This document shows, piece by piece, positions 25,618-35,019 of a stretch of DNA of 64,000 bases. Positions within the stretch are counted from its first letter, which is position 1, and each line of letters begins with the position of its first letter. The translations under genes and the position numbers were made by a program. Source of the stretch: a bacterium. GTDB taxonomy: Bacteria; Patescibacteriota; Minisyncoccia; Minisyncoccales; JAGGXC01. The stretch covers positions 13,800 to 77,799 of the forward strand of contig JAGGWD010000015.1 of assembly GCA_021157625.1 (NCBI GenBank), in the 5' to 3' direction. The notes beneath the pieces were generated by a model. That model worked only from the letters and a program-made list of their open reading frames with translations. It ran no database searches and was not told where the DNA came from.

Positions 25618-28086
25618 ATGAAAAAACAAAAAATTTATCTATCCCTTCTTGCGATAATAATATTGATCTCTCTTTTTATTATATTTTTAGCGACAACAAA
25701 AAATCAGCAAGTAGTAAAAGCATCCCCAGGGATATACCTAGAATTCAGATGCGACGAAAACAATAACAAGTGTGGCGACAGAATTCTGGTGAGAGCATGT
25801 GTTGGAACAGGAGGTGAAAAAGTATGTACTCCAGGTTTTGACAAAATAGACGATCTTATCCAGGCAATAAAGGAAAAATGGGGATGGGAAGAACCTGAAA
25901 ATTGGAGCGATCTCCCAAGTCTTTTGAAGTGTAAAGACTATCAAATTTGTACTAGATTAGCCCCTCCTCCTACTGAATGGAGTAAAATACCTGCTTATTG
26001 CAAATGTAAAGGAAAATGTATAGAAAAGCCTAAAAGAGCAGGAACCGAAGAATGCCCCGAATGTGGAATTAGAGACGGAATTGATTTTGTGAATCCTGAA
26101 AGCGGCCCCATCTTCTTACCTGCCCATTTTGATTGGGAAAAGGTAGAGGGAGCAAAATCATATCGATGGAAAGCTGTCCCTGTTGCAATCCCAGGTGTTA
26201 CATATGTACCAAGTACTAACACAAAAACCATAGTCTCTGATGTTATAAGAGATATCTCACACCCTCGCAATCCTCCTACCGAATATACACCACCCTCTTG
26301 TTCTCTTCAATCAGGAAACGCATATTATTGGAAAGTTCAGCCATGTTGTGATCTTGCTGGACTCAATTGTAAACCATGGGCAGAGCTTGATGCCTGGCCT
26401 TTTACTACAAGTCTAGCCCCTGAACCAGCTACTCCTTCTGATCCTGACTGGAATAACACTACCAGTGAAGCAGAAACGCAAGACATTCCTGTAATTCTGG
26501 ACTGGTGTGACCCTCCCGATAACACAGTTATGTTGGGCGAAGGCAGAAAAGGAGAATATTATTATGACCAAGGACGAGGAAAGAATATAACCAGTTATAA
26601 ATTAAAACTTTACCACATAAACAGTGAAAATCAGGAAGAGTGTCATCCTTTATTAGTTAAAGATGGAAAATGTATACCAAAAGAAATAATCCCTGGTTCT
26701 AATTGGCCATGGGATAAACTCTACTCTCTTTGGGAAGACTTCACAGGAACATATTTAATTGAGAACCAACGATATAGATGGCAAGTGGCTACTTGCTATT
26801 TATCGGAAGGAAAGGAATACTGTAGTGACTATAGCCAGAAATGGGGCTTTTCTGTAGGAACAAATATTAGAGAAACAGAATTGATAGCTCCTCCAAATAA
26901 TATCAATGATGCTATAGGTCTTCCTGTGACTTTTAAATGGAACAGAGCAATTGGAATCAATTCTTATAATTACAATATTGGAGGCCATACTGGTACTACC
27001 TCAGCAAACATCATAACTTTTGATTGGCCTGATTTTGAGCTCGATACAGTCTATAATTGGACAATCCAACCCTGTACTGACTATGCAGCTCAAAATTGCA
27101 AAGATTGGCTTGATCCTTGGCAATTCAAAATCACTGGTGCTCCTCCTGTTTTGCTTGCTCCTACAGGAACAGAAGCGCTTTCAGCAGTAATTCCTGTAAA
27201 ACTTGATTGGAAAGATGTCTCAGGAGCAGGCTCCTATGAGTATAGAATATTAGGAGGAATAAGCCCAGTAAAAGGAGTGGTGAATGTATCGGAAGTTGTA
27301 GTAGATTATCCTGATCTGAAACTAAACCATGTCTATACTTGGCAGGTTAGAACATGCGCCCATAAAGATGGAAGCGTATGCGGAAAGTGGAGCAATCTTG
27401 GCGCTTTCACTACTTTCTCAATGGGATTTCCTGTTCTCATAAAACCTTCTCTTAATGCAAAAATTGAAGAACCGGAAATACGGTTCTCTTGGAAACCGTT
27501 GAAAGGTGCTAAGTATTACGAATACGTTATAAAGAACAAGAACACAGGAGAGGAAATCTTTCATAAGATTATAAATTCAGATTCCATCACACACTATTCC
27601 TACGAGTTTCCTGAAGTAGGAGAGTATGAATGGAGAGTAAGAGGATGTCTTGATTCAAGCTGCGGAACGGGAGGTGCAGGACCATGGAGTAATTGGCGAA
27701 CTTTCAACTTAGCACTTACAGCGCCTCCACAAAGACAAGGAGGATTAGTTCCCTGTGGCCGTCTCTATGATGATCCCAACACACCATGGGATGAGAGAGA
27801 ACAATGCCAGATTAAACATCTCTTCTTGCTTATTAGAAATATCTTGGATTTTCTTCTCTGGAAGTTAGCAACCATTCTCTTAATACTCGCATTGGTAGCA
27901 GTTGGGGTTATGCTCTACATCTCTAAAGGAGAAACAACTATTATCTTGCAAGTAAAATCTGCTCTCAAATGGATAATCATAGGATATGGTCTAATACTTC
28001 TCGCTTGGTCTATTGTCAACTTCCTCTTAGCCCTTGCTGGATTTCGGTTTCAAATCTTTGGACATTGGTGGGAACTACCTTTCTAA
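25618..28086 (+). CDS. Large surface protein: Cys/Trp FN3-like repeats fused to a C-terminal VirB2-like pilin
   Basis: Signal anchor; five Y.W.(V/I)..C....C...W...F repeats; C-terminal GLVPCG...CQ plus two TM helices similar to the 13928 pilin. Confidence 0.75.
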   Translation: MKKQKIYLSLLAIIILISLFIIFLATTKNQQVVKASPGIYLEFRCDENNNKCGDRILVRACVGTGGEKVCTPGFDKIDDLIQAIKEKWGWEEPENWSDLPSLLKCKDYQICTRLAPPPTEWSKIPAYCKCKGKCIEKPKRAGTEECPECGIRDGIDFVNPESGPIFLPAHFDWEKVEGAKSYRWKAVPVAIPGVTYVPSTNTKTIVSDVIRDISHPRNPPTEYTPPSCSLQSGNAYYWKVQPCCDLAGLNCKPWAELDAWPFTTSLAPEPATPSDPDWNNTTSEAETQDIPVILDWCDPPDNTVMLGEGRKGEYYYDQGRGKNITSYKLKLYHINSENQEECHPLLVKDGKCIPKEIIPGSNWPWDKLYSLWEDFTGTYLIENQRYRWQVATCYLSEGKEYCSDYSQKWGFSVGTNIRETELIAPPNNINDAIGLPVTFKWNRAIGINSYNYNIGGHTGTTSANIITFDWPDFELDTVYNWTIQPCTDYAAQNCKDWLDPWQFKITGAPPVLLAPTGTEALSAVIPVKLDWKDVSGAGSYEYRILGGISPVKGVVNVSEVVVDYPDLKLNHVYTWQVRTCAHKDGSVCGKWSNLGAFTTFSMGFPVLIKPSLNAKIEEPEIRFSWKPLKGAKYYEYVIKNKNTGEEIFHKIINSDSITHYSYEFPEVGEYEWRVRGCLDSSCGTGGAGPWSNWRTFNLALTAPPQRQGGLVPCGRLYDDPNTPWDEREQCQIKHLFLLIRNILDFLLWKLATILLILALVAVGVMLYISKGETTIILQVKSALKWIIIGYGLILLAWSIVNFLLALAGFRFQIFGHWWELPF

Positions 28087-28101
28087 GAATGAAAGAATAC
28101 G

Positions 28102-28764
28102 ATGAAGAGAATATGGAAGTTATTAAAAATTATTCTCTTATTTCTTCTGGTAATAGGAATATTGATTTCTGTGGGCTTGTATTATGCGAGTCAAAAATTA
28201 GAAAAGATAAAAAACTCAATAGAGCCAGAGACTTTATCCCAGATTAATTTCCTAATAAGCAAAGAAGAGCAGAAAAATCTCGAACATAAGGAATTTGTAA
28301 CTCCTGACGGAAAATTAAAGCTCAAATATCTTTCTAATTGGAGAGAGATAAAAGATCCAGCAACGTTAGAAACAAGCCTTCCAAAAGAAATTAAGGAAAA
28401 TTACGGACTTGAGATTTTGTTTCTTGCAAGAAGATTAACGGGTAAAGGATTAAGCCAATTGGAGATATGCAAAGGAACATTGGAAGCTGAGTCTGTCAAA
28501 GAATTTATCGAAGCAACAAAAGCCTTATATCAAAAAGAAGGTTGGGAAATGGAAATTATTGATTCTTCAAAACCAAAAGATAATGAATATATTTTTGAGA
28601 TAAGGTACAGTAAGCCAAATCGGCATTCTTTTAGATCAAAGGAGAAAATAGTTTTCTTAGAAGATACAGCCTATATAGTAACCTTTTTCACAGCAGAAAG
28701 AGATTGGAATAATTTCCTAAAAGAGAGTAACGAAATAATGGATTCCGTAGAGATCATTGATTAA
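28102..28764 (+). CDS. Membrane-anchored hypothetical protein (possible PsbP-like fold)
   Basis: N-terminal TM helix; LKLKYLSNW...AYIVTFF...IMDSV pattern. Confidence 0.6.
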   Translation: MKRIWKLLKIILLFLLVIGILISVGLYYASQKLEKIKNSIEPETLSQINFLISKEEQKNLEHKEFVTPDGKLKLKYLSNWREIKDPATLETSLPKEIKENYGLEILFLARRLTGKGLSQLEICKGTLEAESVKEFIEATKALYQKEGWEMEIIDSSKPKDNEYIFEIRYSKPNRHSFRSKEKIVFLEDTAYIVTFFTAERDWNNFLKESNEIMDSVEIID

Positions 28765-28801
28765 TTTAAAAATGGGTTGGTTTGTGTTAAAATTAAATAA
28801 T

Positions 28802-29905
28802 ATGAAAAAATATAGAAGACAACTACTTACTGTCATTTTTATATCAATATTGATTAGTTTTCTTTCTTTTGGTTCTCAGGTAAAAGGATTAGAATTAAAC
28901 TGGCCTACTGCGCCCGGAGGAAAGGAACTAAGCGATGAAAGTACGCTAGTTGATTTCGTGGATTATGCTTATCGATGGGGAATATTTCTTGGAGGATTAG
29001 CTGCTTTTATTGCTCTCATTATTGCCGGATTTCAATATCTAACTTCGGTCGGAGATCCTGCTAAAATGAAGGAGGCAAGAGAAAGAATTATTGCTGCTAT
29101 TGCCGGTTTGGTTCTTTTACTTTCTACTTTTATTATCCTAAATACTTTGAATCCTGATTTAACAACCCTTTCTCCTCCTACAAGTGATATTAGCGGTATG
29201 CCAACTGGAAACTGGCAAAACCCTGATTGGGATAAACCATGTGAGTTTGTAAAAATCTATAAAGAAAAAAATTATAAAGGTCATATCCTCACAATAGGGA
29301 AAGGAGGGAAATTTGATCTAGAAGAATGTATTCTTACAGGAATAGGTATTCCCATAATACCAGGGGTATGGACATGGTACATTAGCGAAACCCCAATAAA
29401 ATCTGTTTTGATGAAGGGAGCATGCCAATTGAATTTATATGAAGAAGACAAGTGTAAAGGAAATTTCACAGGAATAGGAAAAAGCATGCCGAATCTTGAT
29501 TGGGTTTCCCAAAGTCACATTTATTCAATCAAAGCAGTAGACATTTCTCCTCCTATTCCGCCAAAAGTCAAAACTGTAACATTTCCTCCTCCTACTCCTC
29601 TGAAACAACCCGATGGAACATACAAGGCAACTTTAAAAGGAGCACTGCTTGATTTCGGAAGGACCGACAGAGTAAGAGTACATTTTGAATATGGGAAAAA
29701 CAAACTCTATCTTGATAAAACAGCTCCGCCAGACCCTGAACAGTTTCAAGAGATCTTTGTTCAAGATATACCTGCTGGAGGAATACCGTTTTCTGTAGAG
29801 ATTGAAGGATTAGCTACCAACACTACTTATTTCTGGAGAGCCATAGCAGCAAATGAAGCAGGGCCTGCTTATGGAACTACTTCCAGTTTTACTACAGGAC
29901 CATAA
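28802..29905 (+). CDS. VirB2-like pilin fused to C-terminal beta/gamma-crystallin-like and FN3-like domains
   Basis: GGLAAFIALIIAGFQYLTSVGDPAKMKEARERI...LNTLNP pilin; IYKEKNYKG and LYEEDKCKG; GLATNTTYFWRAIAAN. Confidence 0.72.
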   Translation: MKKYRRQLLTVIFISILISFLSFGSQVKGLELNWPTAPGGKELSDESTLVDFVDYAYRWGIFLGGLAAFIALIIAGFQYLTSVGDPAKMKEARERIIAAIAGLVLLLSTFIILNTLNPDLTTLSPPTSDISGMPTGNWQNPDWDKPCEFVKIYKEKNYKGHILTIGKGGKFDLEECILTGIGIPIIPGVWTWYISETPIKSVLMKGACQLNLYEEDKCKGNFTGIGKSMPNLDWVSQSHIYSIKAVDISPPIPPKVKTVTFPPPTPLKQPDGTYKATLKGALLDFGRTDRVRVHFEYGKNKLYLDKTAPPDPEQFQEIFVQDIPAGGIPFSVEIEGLATNTTYFWRAIAANEAGPAYGTTSSFTTGP

Positions 29906-29921
29906 AGAAGATTTTAAATCA

Positions 29922-32162
29922 ATGTCATCCCAAAAAACCAAAATATTCTTATTTATTCTCCTGTTAATCTCTTTCTCTCTCACTTGTCCAAAACCGACAC
30001 ACGCTATTATTGGGACGGGAATTTTTGATTGGGCAGACTCGGTCCTTAATGCTCTGGATTCTTTTGATCAAGCTATTCTCTCTTTCCTTTTGAAGCTTGT
30101 AATCTTTGCTTTCCTTTCAGCCGGATTTGCTGTTCTTTCTGCCTATCTACTGGAATGGGCAGTAGACCTTCCTTTATATTTAAATAATCCTGCTGTGCTT
30201 GCAGGTTTTCATTTCATAGTTGGGCTCGTAAATCTTTTTTTTGTTCTTGCTATTGTTTTTATTGCTTTAGCCTATATTCTAAGAATAGAAACATTTCAAC
30301 TCAAGAAGGTTTTTGCTCGTTTAATTCTTGCAATATTATTAGTGAACTTTAGTCTCCTTATAGTTGGCGCTTTTGTTGACATCGCACAATTTTTTATGAA
30401 TACCCTGCTTAGCGCCTATGGAAAGGATTTTGCTAACACCGCTCTTCTTCCTTTAAGAAGTTCTTTGGGAGCTATTACAAATGTAATTATTGCTACAATT
30501 ACAGGATATGTAGCCTCCGCCTTTACTGTATTTGGTGCTCCTTTCTCGCTTGTTTATTTAGGCTTGATGTTTTGGCAAGGAAACTTACTGGGAAATGTAT
30601 TTTCAATAGTAGTACTGATTCTATTCAATCTTGTAATGGGAGCAATCTTTTTTGTTTTTACTGTGCTGTTTATAATAAGAATCGCTGCTCTTTGGATTTT
30701 AGGAATATTTGCTCCTCTGGGAGTCTTTTGTTTTGTTTTCGATCAGACCAAAAAATACGGATGGGAATGGCTAAAAGCAACGTTTCAGTGGGCTACTCTT
30801 GGAATAGTTGCTTTCTTTCTGTTAGGGCTTATCCTATCTATTTTTAGTGCTGCTTTTCTCAGTAGACCCGGAAATATTGATATATCCCCAATCGCAGGCG
30901 TACCCAGCTTCCAATTACCTCCCTCAATTTATAATTATTTGTTCTTGATTATTTTCTTAATAGTCGCTTTCTACGGAAGCTTAAGATATGTTCCAGTAGG
31001 CGCCCAAGAAGTAATTGGAGTAATGAAGGCACAATTAAAAGCTTTAGGAGGTGTAGCAGGAATAACTAGTTTAATGAAAAAAGGAGTAGGTGGCGTCGCA
31101 AGAAGAGTAGTTCCTGAGAAAGTAAGAAGAAAAGCAGAGCAATTAGCAACTGCTCCAGGCCTTCCCACAAGAGAGGAGTTCGAAAAGATGTCACGAAGAG
31201 AAAAACTAAAAAGACTAGTCATTTCTCCTTACGCTAAGAGAGCGTTAGGCAGAGCAATAACATCTGTAACTGTTAAAGCCGATGAAGGTGTTTATACAGA
31301 AACAAAGAAAAAATTCAAAGGAAAAGATGTTCAAACTAAAGTAGAATGGTTCCACAAGGAAAGCGATTTCGTAAAGAAGGCTGCCATTCTTGCATCGTTG
31401 ATTGAAGAAAAACAACTCAAAGATGCAATGGATAAAGGACGGTTTGGAACTAACGCTCTTCAATATAGTGGGGCAGAATTAAATGCAGCTTTGAGAAAAT
31501 TAGTAAGAATGGGAAAGGAAGATGAGTGGAAAGCAATGCTTAGAGCATTCAAGGACAAAAAAGACGAATTTTATAACATTCTTAGAGAAGAAAAAACGCT
31601 TACAGAAAAAGACCTTTCAAAGAAAGGATACAAAAACATTACTGAATACATAGCAGGAGAAACTAAGAAAGCAGATCAAATAAAACAGTTAAATAAAGAT
31701 TGGTTTGATGACGATGAATTTGCAGACGCTATTCACAAATTTTGGGGAGGCCATCAAGTTGGAGAAGCCGCAAAAGCTTTCGGTCGGAAATTCACTGATA
31801 CTTTTAATGCTCACGCCAAACCACTTGACTGGTATTATGAGATAGACCCTTCAACTGGAAAAATGAGAAATGCTCAACTACCTCGATATCTAGCAAGCAC
31901 AGGAGCAATGAATGCAGGGCTTTATCCAATTGAAGGTGGAGAAGATAGAAAGAAACTAAATGAATTATTTAGAAAAGGTTTAGAGAAAGAAAAAGCATGG
32001 ACAAGCGCACCTCCTTCCTTTGAAGAAGTAGAAAAAGAAGAGAAAAAAGAACCCCCCTCTACTCCTCCACGAGGAAGCAGAGGTTTAGGAGGAAGAAAAC
32101 CACCAAGAGGAAGTAGAGGCCTTGAAGGAGGAAAGCCTCCAAGAGGAAGCAGAGGAGTATAA
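29922..32162 (+). CDS. VirB6/TrbL-like polytopic membrane protein with long C-terminal soluble domain
   Basis: LAILLVNFSLLI...D and RIAALWILGIFAPL motifs, many TM helices, T4SS gene context; start placed at MSSQK. Confidence 0.7.
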   Translation: MSSQKTKIFLFILLLISFSLTCPKPTHAIIGTGIFDWADSVLNALDSFDQAILSFLLKLVIFAFLSAGFAVLSAYLLEWAVDLPLYLNNPAVLAGFHFIVGLVNLFFVLAIVFIALAYILRIETFQLKKVFARLILAILLVNFSLLIVGAFVDIAQFFMNTLLSAYGKDFANTALLPLRSSLGAITNVIIATITGYVASAFTVFGAPFSLVYLGLMFWQGNLLGNVFSIVVLILFNLVMGAIFFVFTVLFIIRIAALWILGIFAPLGVFCFVFDQTKKYGWEWLKATFQWATLGIVAFFLLGLILSIFSAAFLSRPGNIDISPIAGVPSFQLPPSIYNYLFLIIFLIVAFYGSLRYVPVGAQEVIGVMKAQLKALGGVAGITSLMKKGVGGVARRVVPEKVRRKAEQLATAPGLPTREEFEKMSRREKLKRLVISPYAKRALGRAITSVTVKADEGVYTETKKKFKGKDVQTKVEWFHKESDFVKKAAILASLIEEKQLKDAMDKGRFGTNALQYSGAELNAALRKLVRMGKEDEWKAMLRAFKDKKDEFYNILREEKTLTEKDLSKKGYKNITEYIAGETKKADQIKQLNKDWFDDDEFADAIHKFWGGHQVGEAAKAFGRKFTDTFNAHAKPLDWYYEIDPSTGKMRNAQLPRYLASTGAMNAGLYPIEGGEDRKKLNELFRKGLEKEKAWTSAPPSFEEVEKEEKKEPPSTPPRGSRGLGGRKPPRGSRGLEGGKPPRGSRGV

Positions 32163-32185
32163 AAAAAGAGGAAGTTGGCTTCCTC
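32161..32185 (-). terminator. Intrinsic terminator of the SPFH gene
   Basis: Minus strand GAGGAAG-CCAA-CTTCCTC-TTTTTTT, 4 nt after the stop codon. Confidence 0.7.
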
Positions 32186-32189
32186 ATAT

Positions 32190-33272
32190 TTATTTTTGGA
32201 GATTTTTTTGGATTTTTTTCAAAAGTTCTTTAAACTCTCTAATCTCTTCTTGGGTTATTGCCTCAGGCGGCTTTCCAAAAATACCCCGAAGAACCTCCTG
32301 AATACCTGGAATTGCTTGTATTGTAAGACTTGCTGCCAATTCACTTTTTTCTACTGCTTCACAGACCCTAATCAACTTTCCAATGTCTCCAAAATCCTGA
32401 ATAGTAGAGTAAACCCTCTCTATCCTTGCCTTCTCTGCCTCTGCCTCTGTGATAATTTTGTCTTTTTCTCTTTCGGCTAAATATTTAGCAATCGTTGCCT
32501 TTCTATACTCTTCTGGAGGATTAATATCTTTAACCTCGATCTTTCTTATTTTTATCCCATATCTCTCTTCGAACTCTTCTTTCCCTATTCTTTCTGTAAT
32601 TTCTCGACCAATCGAAGCCAAATCTTGAATCCAATGTTCATAAGACTTCTGAGTGATAATATTTCTTGTCTGAGCACGAGCCCTGTTTATAACTGCCTCC
32701 AACCAATTCTCAATGTTAAACAACGCCTTATAAGGATTAACCACCTGAATCGTAAATAATAGTTCTAGCGTTAAAGGCAGTTTATTTTTATCCTCTGCTT
32801 TCTCTACCTTAGCCCAGTATACATCCTCTTTCAGCAAAATATAGTCAAGCGTTTCCTTTGGATGAGATTCCACTTTTCCATCTTCAGTTACTCCTGTCCA
32901 CTTGAAATCATAGATATAAACATCGTAGATTGGCCAGAGACCATAATATCTTAATCCTCCAAAAGGATGCCATGGTTCTCTGCCTTCTATGACTTCCCAG
33001 GTTTCTGGATCTAATGTATGCCCTTTCCACTGAATTAACATTTGAGCAACTTCTCCTCCTCTGACAATTGCCTTTGCTGTTCCTTCTCTAACAAATGTAA
33101 AATATAGATTTCTTGGTGCCAGATAAAAATAGATAATCAGAAATGAAAGCAAGAAAAATAGTGGCACCACCAGCAAAGGCAAGGCTATTCCAAACAATCC
33201 TAGCAAAAAAGCAACTATCCACCAGAGAACAAGAGAAATTACAACCCATATTATTACTCCTCCAATCTTCAT
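32190..33272 (-). CDS. SPFH/Band-7 domain membrane protein
   Basis: Two N-terminal TM helices, FTFVREG, VVNPYKALF, YGIKIRKIEVKDINPP, AEAEKARI; start at ATG 5 nt after SD AAGGAGGTGA. Confidence 0.75.
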   Translation of the reverse strand: MKIGGVIIWVVISLVLWWIVAFLLGLFGIALPLLVVPLFFLLSFLIIYFYLAPRNLYFTFVREGTAKAIVRGGEVAQMLIQWKGHTLDPETWEVIEGREPWHPFGGLRYYGLWPIYDVYIYDFKWTGVTEDGKVESHPKETLDYILLKEDVYWAKVEKAEDKNKLPLTLELLFTIQVVNPYKALFNIENWLEAVINRARAQTRNIITQKSYEHWIQDLASIGREITERIGKEEFEERYGIKIRKIEVKDINPPEEYRKATIAKYLAEREKDKIITEAEAEKARIERVYSTIQDFGDIGKLIRVCEAVEKSELAASLTIQAIPGIQEVLRGIFGKPPEAITQEEIREFKELLKKIQKNLQK

Positions 33273-33309
33273 TCCTCTCACCTCCTTATTTAGTTTTCAA
33301 CTTCTTTAT

Positions 33310-33338
33310 ATTATAAAAATATTTTTTGATTTTGTCAA
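33310..33338 (-). promoter_or_regulatory. Perfect consensus sigma70 promoter for the SPFH gene
   Basis: Minus strand TTGACA-N17-TATAAT. Confidence 0.75.
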
Positions 33339-33399
33339 GGTTTTGTAAAATCTCGAAAAATGGTATCATTATATAACAACAAAGTCTTATCTTTGCAAC

Positions 33400-33849
33400 A
33401 TGTTAAAAGAATATACTCCTGAACAATTTTGGAAACTTTACGAAAAACTTCCTCAAGATCTTCAGGACGCTATCTTCTCAGAAGAGACAGCAAACAATAT
33501 TTATACCATTTGTGACAGATACCAGATAGATGAAATTCCAAAAGTTGCAAAAATTGTGGGATTTATTTTACTTGGTGTTCTTCCCCCTGATGAACTTTAT
33601 GAAACTCTAGTAAAAGAGTTATATATAGAACCTGAAGTAGCCAAGAAGGCAACCCGAGAAATTATAAGATTTATTCTTTATCCTGTAAGAAAAAGTTTAG
33701 AAGGCTTATATGGTATCGGCGCAAAATTCTCTTTGGAAGAAACAGAAGAAAGAATAGTTGTTCCTAAAAAGAAAACTATTTCTTCCAAAACTGCTCCCAA
33801 AACTACCAAAAGAGATATCTACAGAGAACCTATTGAAGAAGAGGAATAA
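33400..33849 (+). CDS. Conserved hypothetical protein
   Basis: Clean 149-aa ORF (LPQDLQDAIFS...D.YREPIE), a type I recall near CPR T4SS-like genes. Confidence 0.7.
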   Translation: MLKEYTPEQFWKLYEKLPQDLQDAIFSEETANNIYTICDRYQIDEIPKVAKIVGFILLGVLPPDELYETLVKELYIEPEVAKKATREIIRFILYPVRKSLEGLYGIGAKFSLEETEERIVVPKKKTISSKTAPKTTKRDIYREPIEEEE

Positions 33850-33866
33850 GTTTGTTTCTAACAATT

Positions 33867-33908
33867 TTGAATAAAAAGACAGCAATGCTTTTCTGTCTTT
33901 TTATTCAA
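33867..33908. terminator. 16-bp inverted repeat, probable terminator
   Basis: TTGAATAAAAAGACAG...CTGTCTTTTTATTCAA. Confidence 0.65.
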
Positions 33909-33956
33909 TTTGATTAACTTTTATGGTACAATTTTACTAAAAACAGTATAGTTAAG

Positions 33957-34364
33957 ATGGAATTCACAGTTCCTCAATTTATTGAACACGAAGCAAAGGT
34001 AATAGGACCTTTCACTTTTAAACAATTTATTATAGTCGCCATTGCAGGAATAATCTGTTTTGTGGCTTATTACAAAACTCCTCTTTGGGTCTTTATCCCT
34101 GTCTGTATTATTGTAGGAGGAGGAGCTCTTGCTATTGTCTTTGTAAAGATTCAAGGTCGCTCTCCTTTGGTAATGGTAGCCAATTTTATAAGCTTTATCT
34201 TTTCTCCCAAAGTATATTTATGGAAGAGAAAGATAGTACCTATAAGAGTAACTCCAAGAAAGCCGCTTAAAGAAGAAGAAAAAGTCAAAGAACAGATGCC
34301 AAAAAGAGTCAAAAAAAGTAGATTAAGAGAACTATCAATAAAAATAGAGACAACAAGAAGATAA
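33957..34364 (+). CDS. PrgI family protein (VirB3-like)
   Basis: FTVPQFIEHEAKVIGPFTFKQF, two TM helices, PKVYLWK. Confidence 0.85.
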   Translation: MEFTVPQFIEHEAKVIGPFTFKQFIIVAIAGIICFVAYYKTPLWVFIPVCIIVGGGALAIVFVKIQGRSPLVMVANFISFIFSPKVYLWKRKIVPIRVTPRKPLKEEEKVKEQMPKRVKKSRLRELSIKIETTRR

Positions 34365-34366
34365 AT

Positions 34367-35002
34367 ATGGCCCAAATACCAACACAAAAATTTTTAGAGA
34401 TAGAAGATATTAGAGAAGGAATAGTTATTCTAAAAAACAAAACATTGAGAGGCGTTTTAATAGTATCTTCTTTAAATTTTGCCCTAAAATCAGAAGAAGA
34501 ACAAAATGCTACTATTTTTCAATTTCAAGAATTTCTAAACTCTTTGGATTTTCCTCTTCAAATCGTGGTGCAATCAAGAAGATTAAACATCACTGGTTAT
34601 CTAGATAAGTTAAAGAGTCTTGAAGAAAGACAAGAAAATGAATTATTGAAAGCTCAAACTGCTGAATACAGAAAATTTATAAAAGATCTGATAGCCAAAG
34701 CCTCAATTATGCAAAAGAATTTCTTTGTAGTGGTTCCTTTTATACCTTTCGGCGCAGAGGCTACCAAAAAAGGCTTCTTTGCTAAACCAACACTTCCTAC
34801 TTTGACAGAAGAAGTTTTTCAACGAGCAAAAGTTCAGCTCTGGCAAAGAATGGAGTTCATTATACTTGGTCTAAGAAGATGTGGTCTTCAAGCTCAACCA
34901 TTAGATAGTCCTGAGTTAATTGAACTTTTCTGGAGCATTTATAATCCCGAAGAAGCTGAATTCGGATATTATCCCGAGATTCCTCCTGAACTTATAAGAT
35001 AA
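34367..35002 (+). CDS. T4SS-associated protein (TraC/VirB4 N-terminal-like)
   Basis: TQKFLEIEDIREG, NFALKSEEEQ, FLNSLDFPLQI; lies between prgI and virB4. Confidence 0.7.
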   Translation: MAQIPTQKFLEIEDIREGIVILKNKTLRGVLIVSSLNFALKSEEEQNATIFQFQEFLNSLDFPLQIVVQSRRLNITGYLDKLKSLEERQENELLKAQTAEYRKFIKDLIAKASIMQKNFFVVVPFIPFGAEATKKGFFAKPTLPTLTEEVFQRAKVQLWQRMEFIILGLRRCGLQAQPLDSPELIELFWSIYNPEEAEFGYYPEIPPELIR

Positions 35003-35019
35003 CTAAATAATAAATTAAT

